From the NCBI GenBank assembly GCA_001771365.1, contig METP01000048.1:1-57223 (forward strand): 57,223 nucleotides of DNA, read 5' to 3'. Shown one piece after another: positions 7,242 to 17,520 of this stretch; the first letter of the stretch is position 1; the number at the start of each line of letters is the position of its first letter. The notes under the pieces were generated by a model. That model was given only the letters and a program-made list of their open reading frames with translations. It was not told where the DNA came from and did not search any database. The DNA is from a candidate division WOR-1 bacterium RIFCSPLOWO2_02_FULL_46_20 (lineage in GTDB: Bacteria; Margulisbacteria; WOR-1; O2-12-FULL-45-9). A program made the translations under genes and the position numbers.

Positions 7242-8459
7242 ATGAAAAGATTTGGTGTTATTTTGTTGCTGGGCTTTTGGCTGTTGGGATTTGTTAAGCC
7301 GGTGTTCGCGCTGACGCTTGACGAAGCGGTCAGCCAGGCCAGGGAACACAATTCCGACCTCCTCTTTGCTCAAAAACAATGGGAATCAATAAGGGCAAAG
7401 GTTCCTCAAACTATTAGCCTGGCCGATCCCCGCGTCGGCGTGGAGTATGAACAAATTCCGTCTGGTTCGCGCAATCTCGAAGAGGGGATGAAAATGTATT
7501 CTTTTGAGCAAATGGTCATGTTTCCCGGAAAAATTTATGCCGAATGGCAGATGAGCGGAAAAGAAGCCGAAATGTTTTTCGCTCGCTACCAAGCGAAATT
7601 GAGAGAAATCATCAGCCAGGCCAAGGCCGCTTATTATGACTTATATTTGACTGATCGCTCAATTGCCGTTATGAATGAAGTTGCCGGTTTGTTGGATAAA
7701 ATTAAAAAGAGCGCCCAGGCAAAATATATGGTTGGGAGTGTTATGCAGATGGATGTCCTGCAGGCGAACATCGAATATCAATTAGTCAGCAATGACTTGC
7801 TGACCATGCGGCAGGAAAGAGGGGTTAAAGAAGCAAAATTAAAGGTGTTGCTTAGCCGAACAGATCATTCAACGATTGAAGTTGATCAGGATTTTTCTTT
7901 GCCCGCGACGATTGAGTCAGTGGAAAGATTAGAGAAAACGGCCAGCGCCAATCGGCCCGAATTGCTGGCCATGAAAGCCGAGCTGGAGATGAAGGATGCC
8001 GCCCACTTAAAATCAAAAATGGATTATTTTCCTGACACAATGCTGGGTGTCAAAAAACGGGTTGGAGATGGCTGGGATGCCATGTTCTCTTTTTCCCTTC
8101 CTCTATATTTCTGGAAACAAAGTTATGGGGTCAGTTCAATTGGGCTTGAACGCGAAGCCGCCAAGGCCGCTTTCTCTAACATGGAAAACATGACGCTCTG
8201 GGAAGTTAAAGAAGCTTATATTGCGGCGGACGCCGCGCGGCGAACTTATTTGCTTTACCAGGATAAAATTATTACTCAAAGCGAGCAAACCCTGAAGGCG
8301 GCTTTAAAAGCTTACCAGACCGGGACGGTCGATTTTCAGGCGCTTTTACTGGCAGAGAGAATGTATAAAGAAGCCAAGCTTAAGCTGTATGAGAACCAGG
8401 CGAACTATGGAAAGGCTCTGGCGGGGCTGGAGAGAATTATTGGCAAGGGGGTAAATTGA
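7242..8459 (+). CDS. TolC-family outer-membrane factor (CusC/CzcC-like)
   Basis: Signal peptide, LTLDEAV..A...N, coiled-coil repeats, first gene of an RND operon. Confidence 0.85.
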   Translation: MKRFGVILLLGFWLLGFVKPVFALTLDEAVSQAREHNSDLLFAQKQWESIRAKVPQTISLADPRVGVEYEQIPSGSRNLEEGMKMYSFEQMVMFPGKIYAEWQMSGKEAEMFFARYQAKLREIISQAKAAYYDLYLTDRSIAVMNEVAGLLDKIKKSAQAKYMVGSVMQMDVLQANIEYQLVSNDLLTMRQERGVKEAKLKVLLSRTDHSTIEVDQDFSLPATIESVERLEKTASANRPELLAMKAELEMKDAAHLKSKMDYFPDTMLGVKKRVGDGWDAMFSFSLPLYFWKQSYGVSSIGLEREAAKAAFSNMENMTLWEVKEAYIAADAARRTYLLYQDKIITQSEQTLKAALKAYQTGTVDFQALLLAERMYKEAKLKLYENQANYGKALAGLERIIGKGVN

Positions 8460-8460
8460 A

Positions 8461-9561
8461 ATGAAAAATCAGAAATCCGAATCCTCACCCCGTCCCTCGA
8501 CTCGCTTCGCTCGCTCGGGACACCCCTCTCCATCGAAGATGGAGAGGGGAATGAATTCTCCGCCGCAGGCGGAGAAGAAAGGGGTGAGGTGGGTTATTTT
8601 GCTTTGGGTTTTGGTCATTTTTGTTGCCGGCTGCGCCCCAACCCGGAAGACAGGTCATGAAGGCCATGAGCCGGGTAAGAAGATATTGTTTTACCGTAAT
8701 CCGATGAATCCGCAAATTACTTCACCCGTGTTCATGAAAGATTCAATGGGGATGGATTACGTGCCGGTTTATGAACAGGCCAAAGGAGCGGCAGAAGGTG
8801 AAATATCTATCAGTTCTGATGAGCAGAAGCTCATCGGAGTTAAAACCGAACGAGTGGGGCGGCGCCAACTTTATAAAGAGATTCGCACAGTTGGGACGGT
8901 GGCTTATGACCCGGAGCTTTACGTGGCGCAGGAGGAATATCTTGGCGCGCTTGGTTTGAGCGATGAAGCGCTTATTGAATCCGGCCAAAAAAGATTAATG
9001 ATATTGGGTTTGAATGATGAGCAGATCGGTAGGTTGCAGAAAGAGGGTAAAGCGCAGGAGAATCTTATTCTGCCTGAAGAAGAGACCTGGGTTTATATCA
9101 CGATCTATGAGAATGAACTGGGCTTGGTTAAGGCGGGCACACCGGTGGAAATTGACACGATTGCTTTCCCGGGTGAGGCCTTTTATGGGAAAATCGCGGC
9201 GGTTTCTCCGGTGCTGGATCCCATGACCAGATCAGCAAAAGCCAGAGCGGAAGTTCAAAATCCCGGCCAAAAATTAAAGCCGAATATGTACGCCAACGTG
9301 AAGATCAAGATTGATCTGGGCAGCCGGTTAGCGGTTGATGAAGAAGCGGTTATTAATACCGGTAAGCGAACCCTGGTGGTGGTGGCCAAAGGTTCCGGCA
9401 ATTATCTTAGCCGCGAGGTGAAGTTGGGACAGAAAGCTGATGGTTATTATGAAGTTTTGGGCGGGTTGAAAGAAGGAGAGATGGCCGTAACCACTGGTAA
9501 TTTTCTAATCGATTCGGAATCACGCTTAAAGTCTACTAGTGGTGGCGAACATCAGCATTAA
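8461..9561 (+). CDS. cusB: CusB-type periplasmic adaptor (efflux RND MFP); alternative start GTG 8584
   Basis: Heavy-metal-binding motif YRNPMNP...KDSMGMDYVPVY, LKPNMYA, GNFLIDSES; lipobox VAGC. Confidence 0.85.
   Translation: MKNQKSESSPRPSTRFARSGHPSPSKMERGMNSPPQAEKKGVRWVILLWVLVIFVAGCAPTRKTGHEGHEPGKKILFYRNPMNPQITSPVFMKDSMGMDYVPVYEQAKGAAEGEISISSDEQKLIGVKTERVGRRQLYKEIRTVGTVAYDPELYVAQEEYLGALGLSDEALIESGQKRLMILGLNDEQIGRLQKEGKAQENLILPEEETWVYITIYENELGLVKAGTPVEIDTIAFPGEAFYGKIAAVSPVLDPMTRSAKARAEVQNPGQKLKPNMYANVKIKIDLGSRLAVDEEAVINTGKRTLVVVAKGSGNYLSREVKLGQKADGYYEVLGGLKEGEMAVTTGNFLIDSESRLKSTSGGEHQH
8483..8589. repeat. Composite palindromic (REP/RPE-like) element inside the cusB 5' end
   Basis: Terminal IR CCTCACCCC/GGGGTGAGG enclosing hairpins 8492-8521, 8523-8549 (12-bp stem) and 8556-8576 (9-bp stem). 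Confidence 0.75.
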
Positions 9562-9564
9562 ATA

Positions 9565-12500
9565 ATGACGAAGCTAGTCGAATACATAATTGAGTTTTGC
9601 GCGAAGAACCGGCTGATAGTCCTTATCCTGGTCGGCGCTCTGACGCTGGGAGGGTTCTTTGCCCTGCGCCGCGTTCCCTTGGACGCTCTGCCGGACCTTT
9701 CTGACACGCAAGTTATTGTCTATTCCCAGTGGGACCGGTCCCCGGACATTATCGAGGACCAGGTAACTTACCCGATCATCACTTCACTCCTGGGCGCTCC
9801 CAAAGTCAAAGCGATCCGCGGGTTTTCTGACTTTGGCTTTTCCTATGTTTATGTAATCTTTGAAGATGGGACCGACATCTACTGGGCGCGCTCCCGCACC
9901 CTGGAATATTTAAACAAGATCGTTCCACTCCTTCCGGCGGGGGTCAAGACCGAATTAGGTCCGGATGCCACGGGCGTTGGTTGGATCTTCCAGTACGCAT
10001 TAGTTGATGAAACCGGCCAACATTCATTGGCTGATCTGCGCAGTTTCGAGGACTGGTACTTGCGCTATTATTTGCAATCCGTTCCCGGGGTGGCGGAGGT
10101 GGCTTCAGTCGGTGGTTTTGTCCGCCAGTATCAGGTCAATGTTGATCCTAGCGCTTTGCAAGCGTATAACATTCCCCTGATGCAGGTGGTTGAAAATATC
10201 CGTAAAAGCAACAATGATGTTGGCGGAAGATTGGTTGAATGGAGCGGGATAGAATATATGGTGCGGGGCCGCGGCTACATCAAAACCACGCAGGATATTG
10301 AAAAAATCGTCGTGGGCTCCGGCATGAATGGGGCGCCGGTCACGATTGGACAGCTTGGCCAGGTTACTTTGGGGCCGGAGATGAGGCGAGGCATTGCTGA
10401 ACTCAACGGCCAAGGGGAAGTGGCTGGCGGCATTGTGGTTATGCGCCACAAAGAGAACGCGCTGGATGTCATTAAGCGGATCAAGGCCAAGCTCAAAGAG
10501 ATCGAACCCGGGTTGCCTAAAGGGGTAAAGATCGTAACCACTTATGACCGCTCCGACTTGATCGAAGCCTCCATTGGTACCGTCCGCGACGCGCTTGTCC
10601 AGGAATTAATTATTGTCAGCTTAATGCTGATTTTCTTTTTATGGCATCTCCCTTCGGCCCTGATCCCTATCATCGGGTTGCCCATCGCGGTGCTGATCGC
10701 CTTCATTCCCATGAACTGGATGGGACTAACATCAAATATTATGTCGCTGGGCGGAATTGTGGTCGCCATCGGCGACATGGTGGACGCTTCGATCGTGCTG
10801 GTCGAGAATGTCCATAAAAGATTGGATGAATGGGCGAAGGGTTTGCGGAAAGGAACTCGTGAAAGCATTATGATCGGCGCGATGAAAGAGGTCGGCCCGC
10901 CGATCTTTACTTCACTCTTGGTTATGGCGATCGCTTTTATGCCGGTTTTTATGCTCGAGGCGCAGGAAGGGCGCCTTTTTAAGCCTCTGGCTTTCACCAA
11001 AAATTATTCTATTTTCTTTGCGGCGCTGCTGGCGATAACCTTGATTCCGGCGCTGATCATGATCTTTGTCCGCGGGAAGATAATCTCCGAAGATAAACAT
11101 CCGGTCAGTCAATTTTTGATCCGGCTTTATCGTCCAGTTGCCCTCTGGTCGATCAAGCACCGGAATCTGGTGGTAATAGGAGCGCTGGCCGGCATTCTGA
11201 TAACCGTGCCGATATTTTTAAAAATGGGTTCGGAATTTATGCCTCCTCTTTATGAGGGGAGCATTCTTTATATGCCGACGACACTGCCGGGGTTGTCGGT
11301 GACCGAAGCCTCCAGGCTGCTGCAGATTCAAGATAAGGTCTTAAAGTCTTTCCCTGAAGTGAATAGCGTTTTTGGCAAGGCGGGGAGGGCCGCGACATCG
11401 ACAGACCCAGCTCCTTTCTCCATGATGGAGACAACGGTGATCTTAAAAGATAAAAAACTTTGGCGCCGCGGGATGACCTACGAAAAACTTGTCGACGAAA
11501 TGGATAAAAAAATGAAAATTCCGGGAGTATCTAACGCCTGGACCATGCCCATCAAAGCCAGGAACGACATGTTGACGACTGGAGTGCGCACGCCAGTGGG
11601 TATCAAGGTCTATGGTTCCAATCTTGAAGAAATTGAACGCCTTGGTATGCAGCTGGAACAGGTTTTGAAAGAGGTCCCCGGAACGCGCAATGTCTTTGCG
11701 GAACGCGTGGCGGGCGGCTATTTCGTGGATTTTGATCTTAAGCGCGATCAGTTAGCGCGCTACGGCTTGACGGTTGACGACGCCAACATGATCGTTATGT
11801 CGGCTATCGGCGGTGAAAATGTTTCAACCGTCATCGCCGGCCGGGAGCGTTATCCGATCAACGTCCGCTACGCCCGGGAACTGCGGGGTGAGATCGACGA
11901 TTTGAGGCGGGTGTTGGTCCCCGTCATGAACGGGGCGCAAATCCCGATTTCCGAGATCGCGGACATTAATATCCGTTATGGCCCCGCTATGATCCGGGAC
12001 GAGAACGGACTGCTGGCCGGTTATGTTTATGTGGATATTGTCGGCCGCGACGTCGGGGGATATGTTAATGATGCCAAGAGAGCGGTGAGAGATAAAGTGA
12101 AATTACCTACAGGATATTCACTGGCCTGGTCCGGCCAGTATGAGTCGATGCAAAGGGTCGCTGACCGATTGAAACTCTTTGTCCCTTTAACTCTTTTCGT
12201 CATTTTCATCTTGTATTTCTTTACATTCGGCTCCATCATTGAAACCCTGATTATTATGCTTTCGGTCCCTTTTGCCCTGGTTGGCGGCATCTGGTATATA
12301 TATCTCTTGGGATACAATATGAGCATTGCGGTTTGGGTGGGGTTGATTGCCCTGGCGGGGGTGGCGGCGGAGACCGGCTCGATTATGATTGTTTACCTTG
12401 ATGAATCGTACGCCAGGCGTAAAGCAGAAGGAAAAATGAACAATCTGGCCGACCTTTACGAGGCGGTAATGGAGGGCGCTGTCCAGCGCCTGCGGCCGAA

Positions 12501-12699
12501 GCTGATGACGGTGGGGGCTAATATCTTCGGACTTATGCCGGTGATGCTGGCTGTGGGGATCGGTTCGGACGTGATGAAACGGATCGCCGCGCCGCTGATC
12601 GGCGGGCTGGTCTCCTCGACGATCTTGACGTTGGTCGTCCTGCCGGCGATCTATACCATCTGGAAAAACAAAACTGAAGTGCGAGGAGGTGAAGAATGA
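9565..12699 (+). CDS. cusA: CusA/SilA heavy-metal (Cu/Ag) RND efflux pump
   Basis: [57 protein letters not shown]; 1044 aa. Confidence 0.95.
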   Translation: MTKLVEYIIEFCAKNRLIVLILVGALTLGGFFALRRVPLDALPDLSDTQVIVYSQWDRSPDIIEDQVTYPIITSLLGAPKVKAIRGFSDFGFSYVYVIFEDGTDIYWARSRTLEYLNKIVPLLPAGVKTELGPDATGVGWIFQYALVDETGQHSLADLRSFEDWYLRYYLQSVPGVAEVASVGGFVRQYQVNVDPSALQAYNIPLMQVVENIRKSNNDVGGRLVEWSGIEYMVRGRGYIKTTQDIEKIVVGSGMNGAPVTIGQLGQVTLGPEMRRGIAELNGQGEVAGGIVVMRHKENALDVIKRIKAKLKEIEPGLPKGVKIVTTYDRSDLIEASIGTVRDALVQELIIVSLMLIFFLWHLPSALIPIIGLPIAVLIAFIPMNWMGLTSNIMSLGGIVVAIGDMVDASIVLVENVHKRLDEWAKGLRKGTRESIMIGAMKEVGPPIFTSLLVMAIAFMPVFMLEAQEGRLFKPLAFTKNYSIFFAALLAITLIPALIMIFVRGKIISEDKHPVSQFLIRLYRPVALWSIKHRNLVVIGALAGILITVPIFLKMGSEFMPPLYEGSILYMPTTLPGLSVTEASRLLQIQDKVLKSFPEVNSVFGKAGRAATSTDPAPFSMMETTVILKDKKLWRRGMTYEKLVDEMDKKMKIPGVSNAWTMPIKARNDMLTTGVRTPVGIKVYGSNLEEIERLGMQLEQVLKEVPGTRNVFAERVAGGYFVDFDLKRDQLARYGLTVDDANMIVMSAIGGENVSTVIAGRERYPINVRYARELRGEIDDLRRVLVPVMNGAQIPISEIADINIRYGPAMIRDENGLLAGYVYVDIVGRDVGGYVNDAKRAVRDKVKLPTGYSLAWSGQYESMQRVADRLKLFVPLTLFVIFILYFFTFGSIIETLIIMLSVPFALVGGIWYIYLLGYNMSIAVWVGLIALAGVAAETGSIMIVYLDESYARRKAEGKMNNLADLYEAVMEGAVQRLRPKLMTVGANIFGLMPVMLAVGIGSDVMKRIAAPLIGGLVSSTILTLVVLPAIYTIWKNKTEVRGGEE

Positions 12700-12977
12700 G
12701 AAATTTGCTTATTATTTTAATAGCGGGAATATTGTTGAGCGGATTAGCCTGGTACTTTATTGGTGGACACACAAACCAGCCGGCAACCATGCAAACGCAA
12801 AGTGAAATGTCTGGAGCGGCCGGGTCAGCAGGGACTGTAACCTGTCCGGTTACCGGGGGAAAAATTGAAGCGGCTAAGGCCTATGCCAAAACTGTTTATA
12901 AGGGGAAAACCTATTATTTCTGCTGTGCCGGCTGTCCGGAAGAGTTTAAGAAAAACCCGGAGAAATACGCTAAATGA
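12696..12977 (+). CDS. Membrane-anchored YHS/TRASH metal-binding protein
   Basis: CPVTG...[24 protein letters not shown]. Confidence 0.85.
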   Translation: MRNLLIILIAGILLSGLAWYFIGGHTNQPATMQTQSEMSGAAGSAGTVTCPVTGGKIEAAKAYAKTVYKGKTYYFCCAGCPEEFKKNPEKYAK

Positions 12978-12991
12978 AGGGGAATTAAGAA

Positions 12992-13402
12992 ATGAAAAAA
13001 ACTATTTGCGGGATATTTATTGCGTTGCTCATGACCGCGGCCGGCTGGGCGGTGGATGTGACCAGAGAAGTTTCAATTATTGCCAGGCAATTTAACTTTC
13101 TGCCGGGTAAAATTGAAGTTGTCAAAGGGGTCCCCGTGAGGCTTTACCTGACAAGCTTGGATGTTACCCATGGCCTCTATATCGATAAGTTTAAGATCAA
13201 CCAGAAAATGGAAAAGGGTAAACTAACAGTTGTGGATTTTATCCCCGACGAAGCCGGGGAATATGAATTTAAATGTTCAAATTTCTGCGGGCTCGGGCAT
13301 GGCGGTATGAAGGGAGAACTGGTGGTGATTGAGCCGATGTCAGCAATGCCTAAAATGCCGGGGATGGAGGAAATGCAGCACAATATGCCAATGCATCATT
13401 GA
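12992..13402 (+). CDS. Secreted cupredoxin with CuA-type ligand set and Met/His-rich tail
   Basis: DVTHGL and CSNFCGLGHGGM; tail MSAMPKMPGMEEMQHNMPMHH. Confidence 0.8.
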   Translation: MKKTICGIFIALLMTAAGWAVDVTREVSIIARQFNFLPGKIEVVKGVPVRLYLTSLDVTHGLYIDKFKINQKMEKGKLTVVDFIPDEAGEYEFKCSNFCGLGHGGMKGELVVIEPMSAMPKMPGMEEMQHNMPMHH

Positions 13403-13432
13403 AGCTGGTGAATAGAAAAGAGGGGATAATAC

Positions 13433-13765
13433 GTGATTGAAATGTTTCATGATATTATTGGGTGGACGACTTTTGTTTTGAATATAATTGGCGCGCTCAT
13501 TACGATTTGGGGGATTCTTTTAGCATTGCTTGAGTTTTTAGGAAAGGAGATTTTTAACCGCAAAGAAGCGATTGAGCTGAATGAAACCATTCGCTTGAAG
13601 CTGGGCAGTTATTTGGTACTGGCTCTTGAATTTTTTATTGCCAGCGATATCATAAAGACGGTAATTACTCCTACCTGGGAAAGCTTGGGAATTTTAGGGG
13701 TGATCGTTGCGGTAAGGACGGTGTTAAGTTATTTCTTGACTAAAGAACTGGAAAAGAAGCATTAA
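13433..13765 (+). CDS. DUF1622-like membrane protein
   Basis: IRLKLGSYLVLALEFFIASDIIKTV..PTW..LG.L..IV.VRT.LSYFL..E signature. Confidence 0.8.
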   Translation: MIEMFHDIIGWTTFVLNIIGALITIWGILLALLEFLGKEIFNRKEAIELNETIRLKLGSYLVLALEFFIASDIIKTVITPTWESLGILGVIVAVRTVLSYFLTKELEKKH

Positions 13766-13897
13766 GAAAGGAATAAAAAAGTGAAACATTTGTTAATATC
13801 AACCAGAAAATTGAGAAAGGGAAAATGGGGCGAGAGGTGACTACCCACCCCACCGCTTGTGGTGGGGAGTTAGGTAATTGAGAAGCAGTAAACAAAA

Positions 13898-15175
13898 ATG
13901 ATTAGCGCTAAGCTCGTTTCTTTGCTGATTTTCGTTTCGGCCTACGCCTTGTTCGTTTTCTTTCCCAGGAAAAGGATGCAGGTCGCTGTCATTGGGGCGG
14001 CGGCGTTGATTTTGACCGGGGTCCTTTCTGTCCCGGAAGCATTTTTAGCGATAAATTGGAATGTCATGGGGATCTTTGTGGGGACACTGGTGGTGGCGGA
14101 TATTTTTATGGTCAGCCGTGTTCCGGCGTATCTGGCGGAAATCATTGTGGACCGGGCCAGGAATACCGCTTGGGCGGTTTTACTGATCTGCGTTCTGACC
14201 GGGTTTATTTCCGCTTTTGTTGAGAACGTGGCCACGGTTCTAATTGTCGCCCCCATTGCTTTCGCGCTGGCAAAAAAACTTAAAATTAATCCCACCGCCA
14301 TGATGATCGGGATCGCCGTTTCCAGCAATCTGCAGGGAGTTGCCACCTTAATCGGCGATCCTCCGAGCATGCTTTTGGGCGGATTTGCTAAAATGAATTT
14401 TATGGATTTCTTCTTTTATCAGGGCAGGCCCAGCATTTTCTTTGCCGTGGAACTGGGCGCGATCTGCTCGTTTCTGGTTTTATATTTTATCTATCGGAAA
14501 CACCGGGAAAAGACGCAACTCCTGCGGGTGGAGAAAGTGAAATCCTGGATCCCCACCATCATTCTGGTCAGCTTAATCTTTTTGCTGGCGCTGAGTTCAT
14601 TCATAGACACGGGGTTTTCTTATACTGCCGGGCTGCTCTGTATGATATTCGGCGGAATTTCTCTGGTCTGGGCGAAGGCGCACAGCAATAAGTCTCTCTT
14701 CGAGAGTCTGAAACCGCTGGATTGGGAAACGACGCTTTTCCTGATGGGAGTCTTTATTCTGGTCGGAAGCATTACTTCAACGGGCTGGATTGCGGTGATT
14801 TCTGACTTACTGGCCGGGATGGTCGGAGGGAACATCTTTTTCGGCTATATAACAATCGTTTTTATTTCAATTATTCTTTCGGCTTTTATTGACAATGTTC
14901 CCTTTCTGGTCGCCATGCTGCCGGTGGCAATGTCGATGTCGGAAAAATTGAGCGTTAGTCCATCTCTTTTCCTGTTTGGTTTGCTCATCGGGGCCAGCCT
15001 GGGCGGGAACATTACTCCGATTGGCGCATCGGCCAACATCGTTGCCTGCGGTTTACTGAAAAAAGAAGGTTACGAAGTTAAATTCGGGGAATTTGCTAAA
15101 ATCGGCCTCCCTTTCACGCTGGTCGCGGTCGTCGCGGCCTCTTCATTTATCTGGTTTGTCTGGGGAGTCAGATGA
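13898..15175 (+). CDS. ArsB/NhaD/SLC13-family anion permease
   Basis: SAFVENV, ATLIGDPP, SAFIDNVP, GGNITPIGASAN; multi-TM. Confidence 0.85.
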   Translation: MISAKLVSLLIFVSAYALFVFFPRKRMQVAVIGAAALILTGVLSVPEAFLAINWNVMGIFVGTLVVADIFMVSRVPAYLAEIIVDRARNTAWAVLLICVLTGFISAFVENVATVLIVAPIAFALAKKLKINPTAMMIGIAVSSNLQGVATLIGDPPSMLLGGFAKMNFMDFFFYQGRPSIFFAVELGAICSFLVLYFIYRKHREKTQLLRVEKVKSWIPTIILVSLIFLLALSSFIDTGFSYTAGLLCMIFGGISLVWAKAHSNKSLFESLKPLDWETTLFLMGVFILVGSITSTGWIAVISDLLAGMVGGNIFFGYITIVFISIILSAFIDNVPFLVAMLPVAMSMSEKLSVSPSLFLFGLLIGASLGGNITPIGASANIVACGLLKKEGYEVKFGEFAKIGLPFTLVAVVAASSFIWFVWGVR

Positions 15176-15588
15176 AATTTTCGATTAAAGTTCAATATGG
15201 TTTGCAGGCCATGTTGGATTTGGCGATAAAGTTTGGAGCCGGGCCGGTGCAAATAGCTGAAATTGCTAAAAACCAAAAGATTCCGGTTCGTTACCTCGAG
15301 CAGCTTATGCTTATTTTGAAGCGGAGGGGGCTGGTGGTCAGCTCACGAGGTAAGCATGGGGGCTATACAATAGTAAAGCATCCCAGTGATATTACGGTTC
15401 TGGAAATTATTGAAACTTTTGACGGGCCAATTGAGTTAACCAGCAAAAAGATGAAGATTATCCCCTTTTTGTATGAGATCTTTGAGAATATTCAAAAAGA
15501 TATTAATAAAGATTTGGCCGGCCTAACTTTAGAGGACCTGGTTTTTAAGAAAAGACAGAAAGAACGCTCTTATATTTACAATATTTAA
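15172..15588 (+). CDS. Rrf2-family regulator without Cys ligands (CymR-like)
   Basis: MKFSIKVQYGL, IPVRYLEQL, SSRGKHGGY, C-terminal YIYNI; no Cys. Confidence 0.85.
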   Translation: MKFSIKVQYGLQAMLDLAIKFGAGPVQIAEIAKNQKIPVRYLEQLMLILKRRGLVVSSRGKHGGYTIVKHPSDITVLEIIETFDGPIELTSKKMKIIPFLYEIFENIQKDINKDLAGLTLEDLVFKKRQKERSYIYNI

Positions 15589-15601
15589 AGATCGAAAAAC
15601 C

Positions 15602-15691
15602 ATGGAAGTGGCTTTTGATCCTGAAAAATGCACCGCTTGTGAGCTATGTGTTAGAGCCTGTCCGCCGCGTGCGATCGAGGTACATTTTTAG
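15602..15691 (+). pseudogene. 4Fe-4S ferredoxin fragment (29 aa; not in ORF track)
   Basis: MEVAFDPEKCTACELCVRACPPRAIEVHF* with perfect CxxCxxCxxxCP; no SD. Confidence 0.7.
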
Positions 15692-15745
15692 TAAATAGCG
15701 CAACTTTTCGCCTGCTTATTACGATAATATACCTGGAGGATTGCC

Positions 15746-16138
15746 ATGAGCAACAAGGTACGGATTATTATTCTAATAGCCATTTTTATGCTTCTGCTTT
15801 CCCTGTCGTCTTCGACCAGGGAAACCGGTTTATCTAAGTATATTATAGTGAGCAAAGGTACGGTTATGGCTACTGCTTACAACTCTATGGTTGGCCAGAC
15901 AGACAGCACCCCCTGGATTACAGCTTCAGGGACCAGATGCCGCGAAGGGGTGGTAGCTGCAAATCACTTACCTATTGGCACGAAAATATTAATTGCAGGC
16001 TTTGGCAATAAGGTTTTTGTTGTTGAGGATAGAATGAACCAGAGATATAAGAAGCGCATTGATATTTGGATGAAAAGTTATAATAAAGCCCGCCAGTTTG
16101 GCAAACGCGAAATTACCTATTACGTGTTAAAGACCTAG
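15746..16138 (+). CDS. 3D-domain (MltA-like) cell-wall protein
   Basis: ATAYNS, ITASG, VAAN, VEDR, RIDIW; N-terminal hydrophobic segment; SD GGAGG. Confidence 0.8.
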   Translation: MSNKVRIIILIAIFMLLLSLSSSTRETGLSKYIIVSKGTVMATAYNSMVGQTDSTPWITASGTRCREGVVAANHLPIGTKILIAGFGNKVFVVEDRMNQRYKKRIDIWMKSYNKARQFGKREITYYVLKT

Positions 16139-16178
16139 TCCTCTTGCTTCTTTTTTTCTCTTCTAGTATTATAGGGAT

Positions 16179-16997
16179 ATGTTACACAAGCTAAGTAAAC
16201 TGCGCAGCCTCCTCGGAGAGTATAAAAAAACCTTGATCGCCTTTTCCGGTGGGGTGGACAGCACCTTCCTACTTAAAGTTGCCAGGGATACGCTTGGTGA
16301 AAATGTTCTGGCTGTTATTGCTGAATCCCCAACCTATCCCTCCGCTGAGGTGGCCTGGGCAAAGAAAATAAGTTTGGAGTTGGGAGTTCGGAGTTTGGTT
16401 ATTCAGACAGACGAATTTTCTGACGCTAATTTTGTAAATAACCCTAAAGAACGCTGCTATTATTGTAAAGAGGAACTGTTTTCAAAACTCCTTGAAATCG
16501 CCAAAGCAAACAACCTCAATTATGTTTTAGACGGGTCAAACGCCGACGATAAGTCTGATTATCGGCCTGGGACGCAAGCGAAGAATGAATTAGGAATAAA
16601 AAGCCCTCTCCAGGAAATAGGTTTTACCAAAGATGAGATAAGAGCTTGTTCTAAGGATCTTGGTTTGCCTACCTGGGACAAACCATCTTATGCGTGTTTA
16701 GCTTCGAGAATTCCTTATGGAACTAAAATAACGGAGGCTATCTTGAAACAGGTGGGAGAAGGGGAGAAGTTTTTAAGAGCCCTGGGTTTTAGCCAATTAA
16801 GAGTGAGACATCACGGGCCGGTGGCGCGCATTGAAGTAGAGCCAGAGGCTATTGCCGATGTTTTGGCTGGTGACACGCGTGATAAAATCACGCGAAAGTT
16901 TGAATCTTTGGGTTATACGTATGTATCTTTAGACCTAAAGGGTTATCGCACCGGCAGTATGAACGAAGTAATAATCTCTAACGACTCGAATTTATAA
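16179..16997 (+). CDS. larE: LarE-family ATP-dependent sulfur transferase (PP-loop)
   Basis: AFSGGVDS, RCYYCK, DYRPG, KPSYACLASRIPYG, GYRTGSMN. Confidence 0.85.
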   Translation: MLHKLSKLRSLLGEYKKTLIAFSGGVDSTFLLKVARDTLGENVLAVIAESPTYPSAEVAWAKKISLELGVRSLVIQTDEFSDANFVNNPKERCYYCKEELFSKLLEIAKANNLNYVLDGSNADDKSDYRPGTQAKNELGIKSPLQEIGFTKDEIRACSKDLGLPTWDKPSYACLASRIPYGTKITEAILKQVGEGEKFLRALGFSQLRVRHHGPVARIEVEPEAIADVLAGDTRDKITRKFESLGYTYVSLDLKGYRTGSMNEVIISNDSNL

Positions 16998-17070
16998 TTC
17001 TATATCTCTAACCCCTCTCTAACTTTCTTCAACTAATCTAAAACAGTTAGTGTTGTTTGAAGTAATAATA

Positions 17071-17103
17071 GTAGTTGACAAAATCTGTCAAGTATATTAT
17101 GAT
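17071..17103 (+). promoter_or_regulatory. IscR type-1 operator overlapping the -35 of the iscR promoter
   Basis: GTAGTTGACAAAATCTGTCAAGTAT (17071-17095) fits 22/25 of ATASYYGACTRWWWYAGTCRRSTAT; TTGACA-N17-TATGAT. Confidence 0.8.
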
Positions 17104-17109
17104 GGTAGC

Positions 17110-17520
17110 ATGAAGTTATCAACCAGGGGAAGATACGCGGCGTCAGCCATGTTTGATATGGCTTGTTATGCCGGAGGAGAGCCTATAACCGCCGCGGTAA
17201 TTGCCGAAAGACAAAAAATATCTTTAACTTATCTTGAGCAGTTGCTGAATAGATTGAGGAAGAGCGGATTGGTTGAAACGGTGAGGGGGCCGTCCGGCGG
17301 ATATCTGCTGGCCAGGAAGCCGTCACAGATCAGTATTGGAGATGTTGTGAGAGCGGCTGATGGTCCCATTGCTTTGGCTGATTGTGTTGGTAAAGCAACC
17401 CATTGTCACAAAAGCGGTTGTTGCTCAACACGTTCTCTGTGGAAAACGTTAAGTAATAAAGTTTCCAAAGTTTTGGACTCAACAACTCTGGCAGATCTTT
17501 GTAAGGAGGCGAAAAGATGA
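17110..17520 (+). CDS. iscR: IscR-like Rrf2 Fe-S cluster regulator
   Basis: MKLSTRGRYA, ISLTYLEQL, VRGPSGGY, Cys cluster; heads the iscS-iscU operon. Start corrected from 17050. Confidence 0.85.
   Translation: MKLSTRGRYAASAMFDMACYAGGEPITAAVIAERQKISLTYLEQLLNRLRKSGLVETVRGPSGGYLLARKPSQISIGDVVRAADGPIALADCVGKATHCHKSGCCSTRSLWKTLSNKVSKVLDSTTLADLCKEAKR

Noticed and set aside
13838-13870. GC-rich hairpin CCCCACCG-cttg-TGGTGGGG resembling an IS200/IS605 end or a terminator
   Set aside because: Single copy, no tnpA/tnpB/iscB nearby and no U-tract; cannot be assigned
16974-17040. TCTCTAAC repeated three times after larE
   Set aside because: Irregular spacing and too short for a CRISPR array or a defined repeat; treated as low-complexity DNA
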